This document shows positions 51,577-63,814 of a stretch of DNA of 64,000 nucleotides, piece after piece. The first letter of the stretch is position 1, and each line of letters begins with the position of its first letter. The position numbers and the translations under genes are program-made. The notes under the pieces were generated by a model that saw nothing but the letters and a program-made list of their open reading frames with translations, ran no database searches and was not told where the DNA came from. The DNA comes from Fimbriosthenelais zetlandica (lineage: Eukaryota): positions 17,670,001 to 17,734,000 of the forward strand of contig OZ365116.1 of the NCBI GenBank assembly GCA_977030845.1. Reading direction: 5' to 3'.

Positions 51577-53068
51577 CTTGTCAACTTTATACATTATAAA
51601 AGATGGCACGTCCCTCATCCAATATATCTCCCCTCCTTATTCAGTGTCATCAAATGACACCTCGCATACTAATATTATCAAATATTGCCTTTGGGTCTAT
51701 CATACAGACAAGCTATCTAACTCATTACCTTGTACTTTCCTGAAAATTGAAGGAGGGGGCAAGCTGTGAAACGTGGACTGATACCTTAAGAAAGCCTCAC
51801 CCTAGCTATTATCTGACTCTGTTTAGAACCCACTGGGACACACATTTAGAGGCAAAATGGCGCAGTAACTGTTCATTTAAAGTAAGAATATGGACAAGCC
51901 AATAGCATGTTTAGAGGCGGGGTTGGATCCCTCTATTATCCCCTCCGGATCCACCCATGTCCCCACCAATAATCACTAATACACATGAAAGCACCTTTAC
52001 CCAATTCATCTTCTCTTCCTCGTCAATACATGTCATGTAAACCGTTACCACCTATCAATCAACCCCGCTACCCACACCCTAACCTACCTATTGTTCACCT
52101 GTTAAAGGTGGCTAGGAATACTGGGTCAATTAATACCTTACACATAAAAACTGTGTGGGTTTAATGTGTCAATGATGTGATTGGTATAGCCGGGGTGGGG
52201 TACCATTTACAGCTATTATCATCACCAGTCCGCTTAACGGTTTGTAGGTGGGTATAATGACCCTGAATGCTCCCAGTTAAACTCTCATTTCCCTCTACCC
52301 CTGCTCATTATCATTCTCACTACACATTCCTCCCAGTCAGGCTGTGCTTCAGTTGCCTTGGAAACACGTTGCTTCCATTAATCACCCTAATATCCAAGGT
52401 GTTACTTTGTAGAGGCATTTAGATAATTGATTATCCCAGAAATGATTATCATCGCATTGAAATGTATGTTGGTTATCAGATCTGGAAGTTGCATGTACCT
52501 CCCTAAATAATTCCCTGAGAAATCTTAATCGGTGCTCTATGAAAATCACTGTAAATCATTGCACTGCATTTTCTAAGTTGCAAACTTTCCCAACCCTGCA
52601 TCCATGAATAACTAGATTCAATGTTGATCAAACATACATTGTATATGTGAATAATTCTCTACAATATCAATCATTTTTATGTGGGTCCATATAACGTGTG
52701 TTTATTCTCTTATGAAGCTTGTTTTATGCTTGTTTCTCATATTCATCAAGAACACCTGGCCCTCTCATTATTCCTGACATTCAGCACTTTTTCTTTTTTT
52801 TCTGCTTTTCCTTGCCCTGCACTTCCCAACCCCGAGGTGATGCCTCGTCCATCATCTCTCTTCTAACTCCCAGTGATCCCTCTGATAAAACACGGGGGTG
52901 TGAAGTACAAATCGCCCCTCAATATCACCCCATGTATCATGAGGCAGACCAAGAACTGTACTAGACCTACCTGATTAAAAATAATACAAAAAACCCTGAA
53001 ATAGTAATGAAGTCAGATATGTAACCTGAATGGCTGAGATGATATATATATATGAAGAGTATACTTAC

Positions 53069-53272
53069 ACTGGCCCATGATCGTAGGATTTCTATGATAC
53101 TGTCAGATGTAGATCCCAGGTGTGGTACTACACCATATAACCCATCCACATCGTAGCTCCACTTCTTCGCCTCATATTTAGCATAGGTGAAAGGCCATTG
53201 TGATTTACCAATCATATCACAGTCTGTCTCATACCCTGACAGGTTCTCCAAAAAGTGGGATCTGTCCCATTG
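53069..53272 (-). CDS. Gene A', CAP-like core exon
   Basis: Acceptor gtcctttctgttgtag|CAA and donor AGT|gtaagt. 204 nt, phase 0-0. Encodes QWDRSHFLENLSGYETDCDMIGKSQWPFTYAKYEAKKWSYDVDGLYGVVPHLGSTSDSIIEILRSWAS, which aligns with gene B exon 3 from its first codon. Confidence 0.78.
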
Positions 53273-54052
53273 CTACAACAGAAAGGACAATGTATCGATT
53301 AAATAATTCATCACAGTCAAAAAGTCAGAAAGATGTGAAGAGTCGACGAAGGCCTTTATTTGAGTGGACTGATGAGAATCAGCCATGCATGTAGTGGAAG
53401 AATGAGCCCCTGGCCAGGTAATGTCATATAAATTGCACATGCCCCAGCTGATGGGCAATATTCTGTAACCATGCCAAGGAGGAAAGAAACAAGGTGTTTA
53501 CATGAAAATTGGGTTGTGTGCATTAACACCAATGTTGTAAAGTGTCTCACTTGTCAGAGGCAGACCATGTTTCATAATCATTTGTATGAAAGAGCGGGTG
53601 TCATATCTAAACATTGATGGCAATCCAGAGGCTACAAAGTATTATAGTGCCCTGAAGTCCTCCTCCTGTCAACTGGAAGTGTGAAGGAATGAGGGGTGGG
53701 GGGATGTTATTTACGACCATGCAAGTCATTTTTGAATTCACTCGATGAAAGCTTGTATCCAGTATAACATCTTGGAAGTATATGAGAGTTGAATAATTTG
53801 ATATTCAATATATTCCTAAAAAGAATGACGGAGAAGTCCCATAAATTGTCTTGGATAGGTCACAAACGCTCAAAATAGAAATCGTATACAGGGTTGGTTG
53901 TTGGGGTTGGTATAGGGGGTTGTGGCGATGTTGATGGGGGGGGGGAGGGGTGTCCTAATCCCTCTCAAGTTTAGACATGGCTCAATTGTTCTAGCTGGAC
54001 AGTCGGAATTGGGCAGTGGGGTGTGGTGGGATAGTGTTACTCAGGGGTTCTA

Positions 54053-54075
54053 GGGGGGGGGGGGGGGGGGGGGGG
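54053..54075. repeat. Poly-G run (23 nt)
   Basis: Direct reading of the sequence. Confidence 0.9.
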
Positions 54076-57000
54076 TTCTAGCCTGGGTCGGGGCTTAGCT
54101 TTTATATTAGCTGAATGATTGCTTGAGTGGATGTGTTCGAAACCGACTGTGTCATAGCATTTAGCCACCAACCCCAACCCCATCTGGGCAGTGGACAGGC
54201 TTGGGTTTTCGAAACTGATTGTGTAATCAAACTTGTTACTATAAAGAATATGCGCCCAAGGTGAGAAAGCGCACCCGAGATCAATCCATGTTGGGGGATG
54301 AATCGACCCACTTGCCCGCGTGTTTATAAAGGACTGGTATGAGAAGGATTGTGGATTAATTGGTCGGGGATATCTTTTGGCAGCCTGTCCAGTTGGTGAC
54401 ATTGTGTAGACAGATCTGGCCCATTGTGAAGCTTGGAAGCACGCTTAGTTTACCATTGATCTCATCACAAACTCTGTCTCTCAAAGCTAACAAAAGCCTC
54501 CATTTTCACAGCAACATGCTTCCAGCTAGAAACAGCAGGATCAGATGACTAGAATAACCCCATTTTGACTGTCAGACTTCTTCTACCCCCAACCCCTCCC
54601 CCACCTAAGTCCATGTCTATTACATACACTTCTATGTCCCCTTCCCTTTACATAACATTCTCTCATGAATGGAAGTGTGTCATAGAAACATGTGTACTTG
54701 ATTGTTTCAAGGACTTGTAATCCCCATAATCGAAGATTTCATCATAAACTTTCTCTCTTGAAGTATGACCTCTCCATACCGCAAACCTATTACAAGAGGA
54801 TCCATTATAGATCTTCCCTATAAAGAGGTACGTAGTTGCCTATTATCTGCTATAAAACGGTCCTTTAAATAATTTAAATTGTATGTTAGTCAGCCAGTAA
54901 GTCATGCCTGGTAAAAAGATTATATGTTTGGTTGTATTCTATGAGAAGTGAAGAGATGGACAAGGGGGTGTGGCGGACATAAATATCACTTTATGTACCT
55001 CTAAAATAGCAGGTTTCTTCATTTTAATGGCACATGAAGAGTAACAAGATGATTTATGATGATGGAAACGCAGAAATAGCCTAGCTCAGGGTAGAATCAA
55101 TATGTAGGGACTGCCGAATCATTGGATAAGACCATTCACTACCTCACACGTTCATACTATCTGTCATCATTCCTTATCAATTGTGATCAAAAGATAAATA
55201 ATTGATTATAGGGTATTTATTTATCTATATATCTCTGACATTCTGTATCAATCTGTACAGATAACAGCTTAGTTCAAGGAACAGATACTAAGATTAAAAA
55301 ATCCCTACTTAGCATCCTTTTAAGTGAGCTCAAAGAGATAGTAGTCATTGACCCTTGAAATGACCAATCTCTTTAAAGTTATCATGTATAAAGAGATAGG
55401 CAGACCAAAATGTCCTTTCTCTGCGATCACCATTTCTCAAATACCAGAGAAGAGTGAATCATCTGTATTGGTCATGATATATGGCCGTCTTTAGTCAGAC
55501 CGATTAGGATCCTATCATGGTCAAATCTGATCCAGATCTTGCTCCGATAAAGTTCAATAGAGACAGGTCACAAATTAATGGTGTAGCTTGGAGATTGGCC
55601 TGGCCCTGAATAAGACCACTGACACTAAGTGCCCATATAAATTACCATCAACTGTGCTTTATGGATCAATGGGAGGATCCAATGCTTTCTGGCTATAGAG
55701 CAGAAAGTGCTGTGATGTATAGAGGGAGGCGGTCCCAATGATGTTAATAACGCTGACTGTTAGGACATGTTAATTACAAGTCCTAAGCCAGTCTCATCTC
55801 ATCTATGGTGGGCACACATAAACAAGCCTTCTGGGAAAGGTACTTGAGACGAGTCGATGATGTAACATGACTTTCCCGTCTGTCTATCACTGATTAAGAT
55901 CAATCTCAATTTTGAAGCATCAAAGCATTGAGCTGGATTGGCTTTGACAGTGATGGCATCTGTTTTCAGGCCCCCATTAAGAAATCCCTTTCCATTTACT
56001 TTAATGATAGTGGTGGTTGTAATGAAATAGAGAGGACAGGTGCCTCATCATCACCACAAGATTGGATTAAGATCACTTTTAACATCCATCAACCTAGAAT
56101 AGCCACCGTTTCTCCTCTTGAAGTGCAGCCTTTTTAAAAGCTTCAATGTGAATCTTGACTTTAAAGAATTTGTCTGCACTTTTCAGGATTTCCTTTGTAA
56201 TTCTGAAATGTATTTTGTCAGAGCTTGTCTCAGGCCCTTTCTTTATATACACTGATATCCCAATGTCTGCCTATATAAGATTGGTATTGTATTTTGATGG
56301 ATTTCCATCCTCAGGTGCGAAACCTTACCCTACCAGAGTTCAAAACCCGAGGCTTGATCAGAAGTCATGGGGCACAGAGGAGCGTCAGACCCCCAGCGGT
56401 CATTATCATTTACATGTAACGGTATCAAGCATGCTGCAGTAAGGGCCTGCAGGGCATGCTAGGAGATCCCCATACCCACCCTGATACAATAACTTTGGTT
56501 TAATGTTACGATAAACCTTTGGGTAATTTTTAACCAGCCCAGTTCTGTATAAATGAAAACCAAAGGGTTCTGAATCATGTAAATATAATGATAAATATAA
56601 AGATTAATGTAAGAGGTTGGTGGTTTAAATGCCTCACACCCCTCACATGACCTTACAGTAATCACCTCACGTTTAAGTGATGTAAGCTGGTGTGCCTTGA
56701 TGTAGAGAGGGCACTAGAGGTGCCTAATAAACACGCCCCCACCCCAGGCACCTCTCAGTCATGGGGAGGGATGGGAAATAAATCCCGAATTAAACGAACA
56801 GTTAACAGAATGCCCCTTTTGTTACATGAAGCTGGTGGTGGATACCCTGCTTCTATACATGTGAATCTAGAATGTATTGTGTTGAGGGGTGTTACAAGAG
56901 GGTAGCATGGACCCTGTACTCTACACATAACATCACTACCCTCAGGCCAAATTCTTACTTTAGGTTTTGGGTTCCCATTGCTATTATCCAATAAACCAGT

Positions 57001-58131
57001 TCAGCATGTTCCTGAGGCTTTTTTAATGAGATTTCTAATATATATTTTGTGAGATTCTTTTATTCTTGCCAAAAGATTTCTAAACAAAATCTTGCTTTAT
57101 CATAATGCCCCATCTAGAAAAATATCTCTTTAGTATGACCCAGCCCGGGACGGATATCGTCACGTGAAGAAGCATTAAAATCATCGCCTTGTTAGATGAT
57201 TTAAAAACTCCATCTATCACTATTTGGGGACCTATATGTCGCTTAGATTTCCTGTCAAGTGCAAGCTGTCACTGCGGGGTGGTCATGTGACGTACTTCCT
57301 GACGTCGTGACGATTGTCGCAAAATGCATGATGTCGTAAAAAATACTTTTTGGGTGAAACATGGGTTGGATTTGCTTTGGGAGGCAGGATGGAAAGTATA
57401 CACTGACAAAACATTAGATATGTCAACATTTTGTATTGAAACCTTATATGGGTGTCCAACTGCCACCTCCCCTTAGGCAACTCTTGAGTGAGATTGGTGT
57501 GCGTGGGCTGGGGAGTTATGAAGGGTACAGTTACATCTTACATCTGACAATACTGTTTTGCTGCATCTCATAAAACTTGGACATCTATATCACATATTTT
57601 TTAATTTCCTTTGGCATTTTCCATTTCAAACAAAACCACATGATAAATTTGGCAAGCTTATCAATAGCACATGACAGGCATGATGCTGGAAGTGGTGCTA
57701 AATGGGAATTTCATTCATGGAGTTTTCAAATTGCTTATTCGAATTCAGAGGCCTGAAGCAATAGACCATACTAGCGACCACAATTGTTTAAATCATTGGT
57801 AGCATGCTAGACTGTTTACGTCAGGGACAATGGACTTCTTATGGTATAGACCTTTATCTCAATATTCAGAACAAAGATTGAATAAACAAATATCATAACA
57901 TAGTGATAGTGATGGCCAGTGTTTACTCTACCCTGCTAACATGCATTACCTCACTCTCTACTCATCTTACAGCAATAAGTGACAAAAAACTCTTCCATGT
58001 TTCCCCACTTGAGTATCATTTTTATACAAATAACCTCCCTGATTTCCAAAACCAAGAAAAAGTATGAAGCATCTGTTATAAAACGATCCAGAGGCTGTTT
58101 TCCTTTGGTTGTGAATAGCTTGCGGTCCATA

Positions 58132-58302
58132 TTACATAGATCTTTGGTGGTTAATGCACACTTTACTGCAAAAACCTGTAATGTGACCACTGTTTTCTTT
58201 ATAATAGCCACAACCCAACGAAACAACCAATCCTAGAGCTGGTCCTGAACTGGGTCTCAGCCATTTGGAAGCCCAAATGATTATATTTTTGGGAAAAAGT
58301 TT
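58132..58302 (-). CDS. Candidate terminal exon of the EGF-repeat gene (uncertain)
   Basis: Very strong acceptor acttttttttttgcccttttccctaag|AAA, phase 0, compatible with the 58683 donor. Encodes KLFPKNIIIWASKWLRPSSGPALGLVVSLGCGYYKENSGHITGFCSKVCINHQRSM*. No recognisable family. Confidence 0.3.
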   Translation of the reverse strand, partial: KLFPKNIIIWASKWLRPSSGPALGLVVSLGCGYYKENSGHITGFCSKVCINHQRSM

Positions 58303-58682
58303 CTTAGGGAAAAGGGCAAAAAAAAAGTCTAGGATCAAAAGACAGACTGATACTGGGGGTCCTGTCATGATAAGCACATGAAGAAAACATATCTGTAATG
58401 TAGTTTGAGATTGATGGAAGTTTTCTGGGTAAGAGAACATGAAATGCCTCTTTGAAAGTCATCACTGACATATGGTCAGACCTGAGACGTGAGATGACGT
58501 TATCAAAGACCCTATACAGACACGAGAAGAGGTTTGCCAGACAGGGACGGGTTCACAATGATAAATGGTGGCTAGTAAGCTATTTTACAGAACATATATC
58601 AATGGATGGACACTATAGTGAACTTGAAAAGGGTCCATATTAGGACTTTGGTCAATTTTTATAGTGAGAAAGATATACTTAC

Positions 58683-58774
58683 TGTACCCGTGACTCCCTC
58701 GGCTAAATCGTACTCGTGCCTTGTGAACGCCAAGGCCTTCTGCTCATCATGCAATGTTGGAGGCGTTGGTTCAG
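58683..58774 (-). CDS. EGF-repeat gene, Pro/Thr-rich linker exon
   Basis: Acceptor aaacttcag|CT (phase 1, matching the EGF exons) and donor ACA|gtaagt. Encodes [31 protein letters not shown]. Confidence 0.6.
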
Positions 58775-58918
58775 CTGAAGTTTTAAAAGTAAATTTGCAA
58801 TCATTGACCATTGCGTTAATGCAACGAGTATATAATGATTCGTTGGTTAATGGTAGGCTGAGGTATGTGTTCAGTATTATCTCACAGACTTTAAGGTTGG
58901 ATTGAAAGGTGAACTTAC

Positions 58919-59041
58919 CAAGACATGACCTCTGGTCAGTTTGTAGTACGTATCCCTGTCTACAGGTACAGTAGAATGAACCTGGTGTATTTATACAATT
59001 ATGTTGACAGCCTCCATTGCTACTAAGACACTCGTTGACAT
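58919..59041 (-). CDS. Calcium-binding EGF-like exon
   Basis: atttcag|AT ... TTG|gtaagt. 123 nt, phase 1-1. Encodes [41 protein letters not shown]. Confidence 0.92.
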
Positions 59042-59626
59042 CTGAAATCATTTTCACAGGATGAGTCTTGTCTGCAGTAGTAGTGAGTTGGAGTATTCAA
59101 TCATTTCCAATTGATATCTTTGCCAGCCATTTTGCTCATTCATAATTCCTTCATTGGGAACTTTAAACTTTCTATCTGATTTCAATATTATCGTGTTTAC
59201 TTGATACTCCTTGTTATATTTTAGTATCACACAGTATCACAAATATCTGATACTACAGAAAAAAATACTAGATATTAAATGTAAGCAGAAAATCAGGGTC
59301 ACAATGTTGATGGCAACACAGGAAAACAAATATTACTCAGTCATTCTGCTTATTGTCAATTTTCGAAATGATTTAGCAAGTTTTATGATAATTAGGATTG
59401 AAGAAATGACACAAACATTAGTTTGTTAGTGAATATTTTACAAAAGGTTCATACAAATTTCATATTAAAACGGGGTTACCATTTGACCATTGAATGTTAC
59501 TTTGATGGGTGGGGTATCATTTAAGATTTCTAGGAAAAAAATGAATGCTATTATTGATATAATTAGGTAATAATTCCACACAGAAAGCTGGTTAATCATA
59601 TTATAGGAAAGTTAAAAGTGAGAGAC

Positions 59627-59749
59627 CTCGGCATGACCGACGATCTGGTTCGAGGATATAGCCGGTTCTGCAGGTACAGTAGTAACTGCTAATAGTATCG
59701 TGACAATTGTGCTGGCATCCACCATTGTTCCTTGCGCACTCATTCTGGG
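59627..59749 (-). CDS. EGF-like exon
   Basis: ttcctgcag|CC ... CGAG|gtctct (weak donor). 123 nt, phase 1-1. Encodes [41 protein letters not shown]. Confidence 0.85.
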
Positions 59750-60510
59750 CTGCAGGAACAATTGCACGGACATAGTTAAACACAAGTAGACAGAAAGCAT
59801 TCACATCACCAATAGATGTACACATAATTCTGCCGGTGCCTTAGTCCAGGCACAGCCTCTGATAAAGACACATGATTAGATACATGTAGGACATATAGAT
59901 ATATATGACAAGTAGGACATTCAAAGCAAGATACATGGAATACCAATATTGGTTCTATACATATGTGACAGGGAATGTTATATGTGAATGTCTGCATGAT
60001 ATTAGCTTTAATTTGTCAGTTGGGAAGAGAAAGTTTGTATTGTGAATTTAGATATACCTGAATCATCTGCAATAGCAATAATTGGAATACAAACATTAAC
60101 AACTATTTCTATAACGAAAATAATGTACTACTTGTGATCAATGATAAAGAATATAGGCGATAATATTCAAAATTGTGAGCATGCTAACAAAATATGTGCA
60201 AGATCAAAACATTTCATCTATCTTATCTTACAAAATATAAAAGCATGCATTTGGTTTGAACTTAATCTAAAATGATTCCTTAGAGAATTAGGTACTGTTG
60301 TGCTAGGTAGGATTGTGTAAAGTTGTGATGATAATAGGTAAAAATCAGGAGTTAAAATATCTCCATTCAATGTTAGTAAATTATTATATCTATATCAAGT
60401 TAAAATATAACCAAGCCTTTTAAATTTACGCTACTTTCAATTATACAGGTAGTTTTCAGGGATCCAGAATTTTGCAACTGAAATCGTTTTCCAGCAGTCT
60501 GATTCAATTT

Positions 60511-60895
60511 TATTGGGGTAGGACATTTCAGTGGATATCGCCCTCCACTTTAAGTCTATTGGGTTAGGCCATTTAAGTGGGTATCGCCCTCCACTTGATG
60601 TCTATTGGGGAGGTCATTTATGTGGGTTATCTCCCTTAAATTGGGTTCTATACTGAGGTAGGACATTTATGTGGGTATCGCCCTCCAGTTGAATTATATT
60701 GGGGTAGGACATTTATGTGGGTATCGCCCTCCATTTGGATTATATTGGGGTAGGACATTTATGTGGGCATCGCCCTCTAAATGGATTCATTTGGGGTAGG
60801 ACATTTACGTGGGCATCGCCCTCCATTTGAAGTCTATTGGGGTAGGACATTTATGTGGGTATCGCCCTCCCGTGAATTCTATTGGGGTAGATATT
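60511..60895. repeat. 46-bp minisatellite, about 8.3 copies
   Basis: Consensus TATTGGGGTAGGACATTTATGTGGGTATCGCCCTCCANTTGAANTC. Units start near 60511, 60557, 60603, 60649, 60697, 60743, 60789, 60835 and 60880. Confidence 0.92.
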
Positions 60896-61945
60896 TCAGG
60901 GGCAGATCCAGAATTTTTCGAGGCGGGGGATATGTTAAATCTAAGTAACTCATGAATGTTAATTGAGCTGTGTTGGTGTTGGGGACAGGATGAGGTTATG
61001 TTTATTACAATCTGTGTTGTAGGTAGTAGTATACGGTATCAGTTCCTGTAATGTAATAACCTGGGTGGGGTTGCTTGGTTTAGATGATATTAATAGTCAT
61101 CGAGTACATAAACAAAACCATAGTCTTTCAAAGGACTGGGCACAGGATATGTGGTTTCCAATGCTGAAGGTGTTTAGGGTTGCAGGCAGGATATATGCAT
61201 CCAGAGGAGTAAACAAAATGCGATGATAATAGATAGATGATACTGGACATAATAAACAAACTATTAGATTTAGGGTTTTGATGAAGCCAGAGACAACTTT
61301 GCTGAGCCCAGATATTGTCTGGAGGATCTGGTAGAGTCAGAAAGCAAAGGGAAGATTTGAAAGAGGACAGAGAAATAAGGATAGAAGTCTGATGCAAAAT
61401 AACAAAAAGAAAATCTTAATACTAAGAGCTTAAAATCTAATAACCATTTGACTAAAAACCAAAGGTTATTAAAATACTCCCAGTCCTTAAACACTTATGT
61501 ACAAAATTAGACTAGAACAAAAATGCAGCAAAATGCTAAAAATTAAAAGGAAGCTCTCTAGGTTGAATGCAGATAGCTGATCTTCTTCTATGTATCTAGA
61601 GGTTTGAGGACTACACAGGTAAAGCGGTAAAGATGTGTTTACATCCCTTACAGTCTATCACCTCCTACTCCAGCTGAGCTGAGGCATAAACAGGTGGCCA
61701 GGGATGACAAGAGTGAGGAGAACAATAGGAAGATAGAGAATAGGGCTGAGAAAGCCATGAGAGAGAAAAAAGTGTAGAGAGAGAATGTGTAGAAAGAAGG
61801 TAGAAGAAAGATACAGAGCTTATAGCAGAATAGAAGAGACTAAGCCTTGAGTTGAGAAGATCCTTGTTTTGAGCAACTCATAGACCAGAACTATTGAAGA
61901 TACTCTTATGGAGAGCTGCTCATCATGTGGCAGAGGTTTACATGC

Positions 61946-62086
61946 CTGTCTGCTCTTGGAGACAGGTTTTTCTGTCTGGTTGGAGAACATAACCAGAGCG
62001 GCAGGAGCAATAGTAGGAGTCGGCCGTGTTGGTACAGATGTGGTCGCAACCTCCGTTGTTTACAGCACACTCGTCAACATCATCAG
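61946..62086 (-). CDS. Calcium-binding EGF-like exon
   Basis: ttctctag|CT. Encodes [47 protein letters not shown]. The phase-1 end needs a GC donor (ACAG|gcatgt); reading through hits TAA two codons later. Confidence 0.85.
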
Positions 62087-63299
62087 CTAGAGAATTTATT
62101 CATAACCAAACCAAAAACCTATATTAATGATGGGTCCGGGAGTGAATGATTATACACAAATATCATAATTAATAGCTGAGGGAAGGAATACATGTTGGAG
62201 TACATGTGAATTGTTGGTCGGATTCGGTGGATGAAAGGGGTTTGTCAAAATTAGTTAATGAACATCTGTGTTTCTTGACATGTTGAGACAAAGTTCTAAG
62301 CACCAAAATGTAAGTAAATGAGTATTATTTCCTTCACCAAAAGAGGTGCTTTTGTTGAGGAATTGAAAGGTGATGAACATTACATGCATCATGCTAGATC
62401 AGAGGCAACAAATAGTAAAAGATATGAAATAATTGACTCAACAAGATTATATCAATGTGGAACTTTAGTATCAATGTGTGACCCTTATAGAAGGTAGAGT
62501 AGTTCTCACAGAATGCGTGTCACAGTACGGTTCAACCTCCCCCTTTTTGTGTTTTGAGCAAAGACAGACAAGAGCTTCATAGAATAACGTGACTTAAAGG
62601 AACAATGTTATCCTGTACGTATAAAGACGTTGGATTGAATTGGCAGAATTATGGTAGCACACATTTGATTTGATCTGATCTTTGACTAACCGACCTTGCT
62701 GTTCAGCTGGATCACCTGAAAACATTTGTCATTCCAAACAAATTTAAGCAGTCACCTTGCCCTGAAGCCAAATGCTTCTTGAAAGAATGTACATGGTTAA
62801 CATTCAGAGCTTTTATATAAGGATAACACCCTGTTTTAGTTGTTCTTTATAGTTGTCTCCCCTACCTTAGAATTACATGTCCTGAATAGAACTCATCCAT
62901 CAGAGGGTGTGAGACTGATGTCAATATGGGGAGGATTGTGCATGTGAACAAGCTCATGTGAATGAAGTGGCAAATGTTACATTTTGTGAAGCAAAATAAC
63001 CCTGTAAATGCAAGAGCCCATTGTGCTGATGTTTGGAATTGTTTTTCCCCTAACTTTCCCTTCTCCAAAGCAACAGAGTGTTGATTCAAATGACAGGCCT
63101 TCTGTGACAAACATTTAGTGAGTGGGTCACCCAAGGTCAGAATTCAAGGACACTAACAGATCCAACAATTGCCCTTAACATCCATCTCAATATCTGTAAT
63201 ATCTACTATGGGACTAGAGTTGAGTCATATCTTTTTAATGCGTAAAAAAGTCATTGAGGGAATGGCATGTCAAACTATAGAGGGAAAGGGGATAAGCAC

Positions 63300-63428
63300 C
63301 TGCACATGTCCTTCTGTCAGCCATCAGGTAGAAGCCTCGGCGACAACTACAGAAGTAGGAGTTAGGTGTGTTGGTACAAAAGTGATCGCAGCCACCATTG
63401 TTTGTTTGACACTCGTCTATGTCGTTGG
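63300..63428 (-). CDS. Calcium-binding EGF-like exon
   Basis: ttctag|CC ... GCAG|gtgctt. 129 nt, phase 1-1. Encodes [43 protein letters not shown]. Confidence 0.92.
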
Positions 63429-63814
63429 CTAGAATCACAAGCAAGCGCAACATGGAAGGCAAGGGGATGAAGAGCATGCCAAAAAGTGTTCCATAAATTT
63501 GGGTATGGTGTATAGTTATGTATAGCAGGAATGTAAAATCAAAGACCATAGAGAGAATTGTCTATACATAGTTGTAGGTGCAATTCATTCTAGATAAACA
63601 GTACATCATCTCTTGCCAAACATAGTAAAATTATATACAAAACTATTGTTCTGATAAGAAATTTCAGACTAAAAATAATATAATGATTGGAAGAATGTTC
63701 CTATTCTATTAAAGTATAATGTATAAAGTTTGGGATCTGTAGGTTCTGGAGATGCTGATTTGTAAAGATAATGTGATAAGAGGAGAAGAGAGGGGGATGA
63801 ATTGACATAAGCAC

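Noticed and set aside
55082-55095. TAGCTCAGGGTAGA, like a tRNA A-box
   Set aside because: No B-box or cloverleaf downstream.
58200-58240. LVVSLGCG as a patatin-like phospholipase motif
   Set aside because: No GxSxG or DGG motifs in compatible frames.
58300-58512. Open minus-strand frame VFDNVISRLRSDHMSVMTFKEAF...
   Set aside because: It needs a phase-2 donor (GA|gtacga) that is much weaker than the nearby phase-0 gtaagt; unsupported without transcripts.
60511-60895. Repeat array as a possible CRISPR
   Set aside because: Units are contiguous with no unique spacers, and the DNA is eukaryotic and intronic.
61128-61328. Strong minus-strand acceptor (ctaccag|ATCC) followed by open frames
   Set aside because: No convincing phase-1 donor and no recognisable peptide; kept only as a possible alternative terminal exon.
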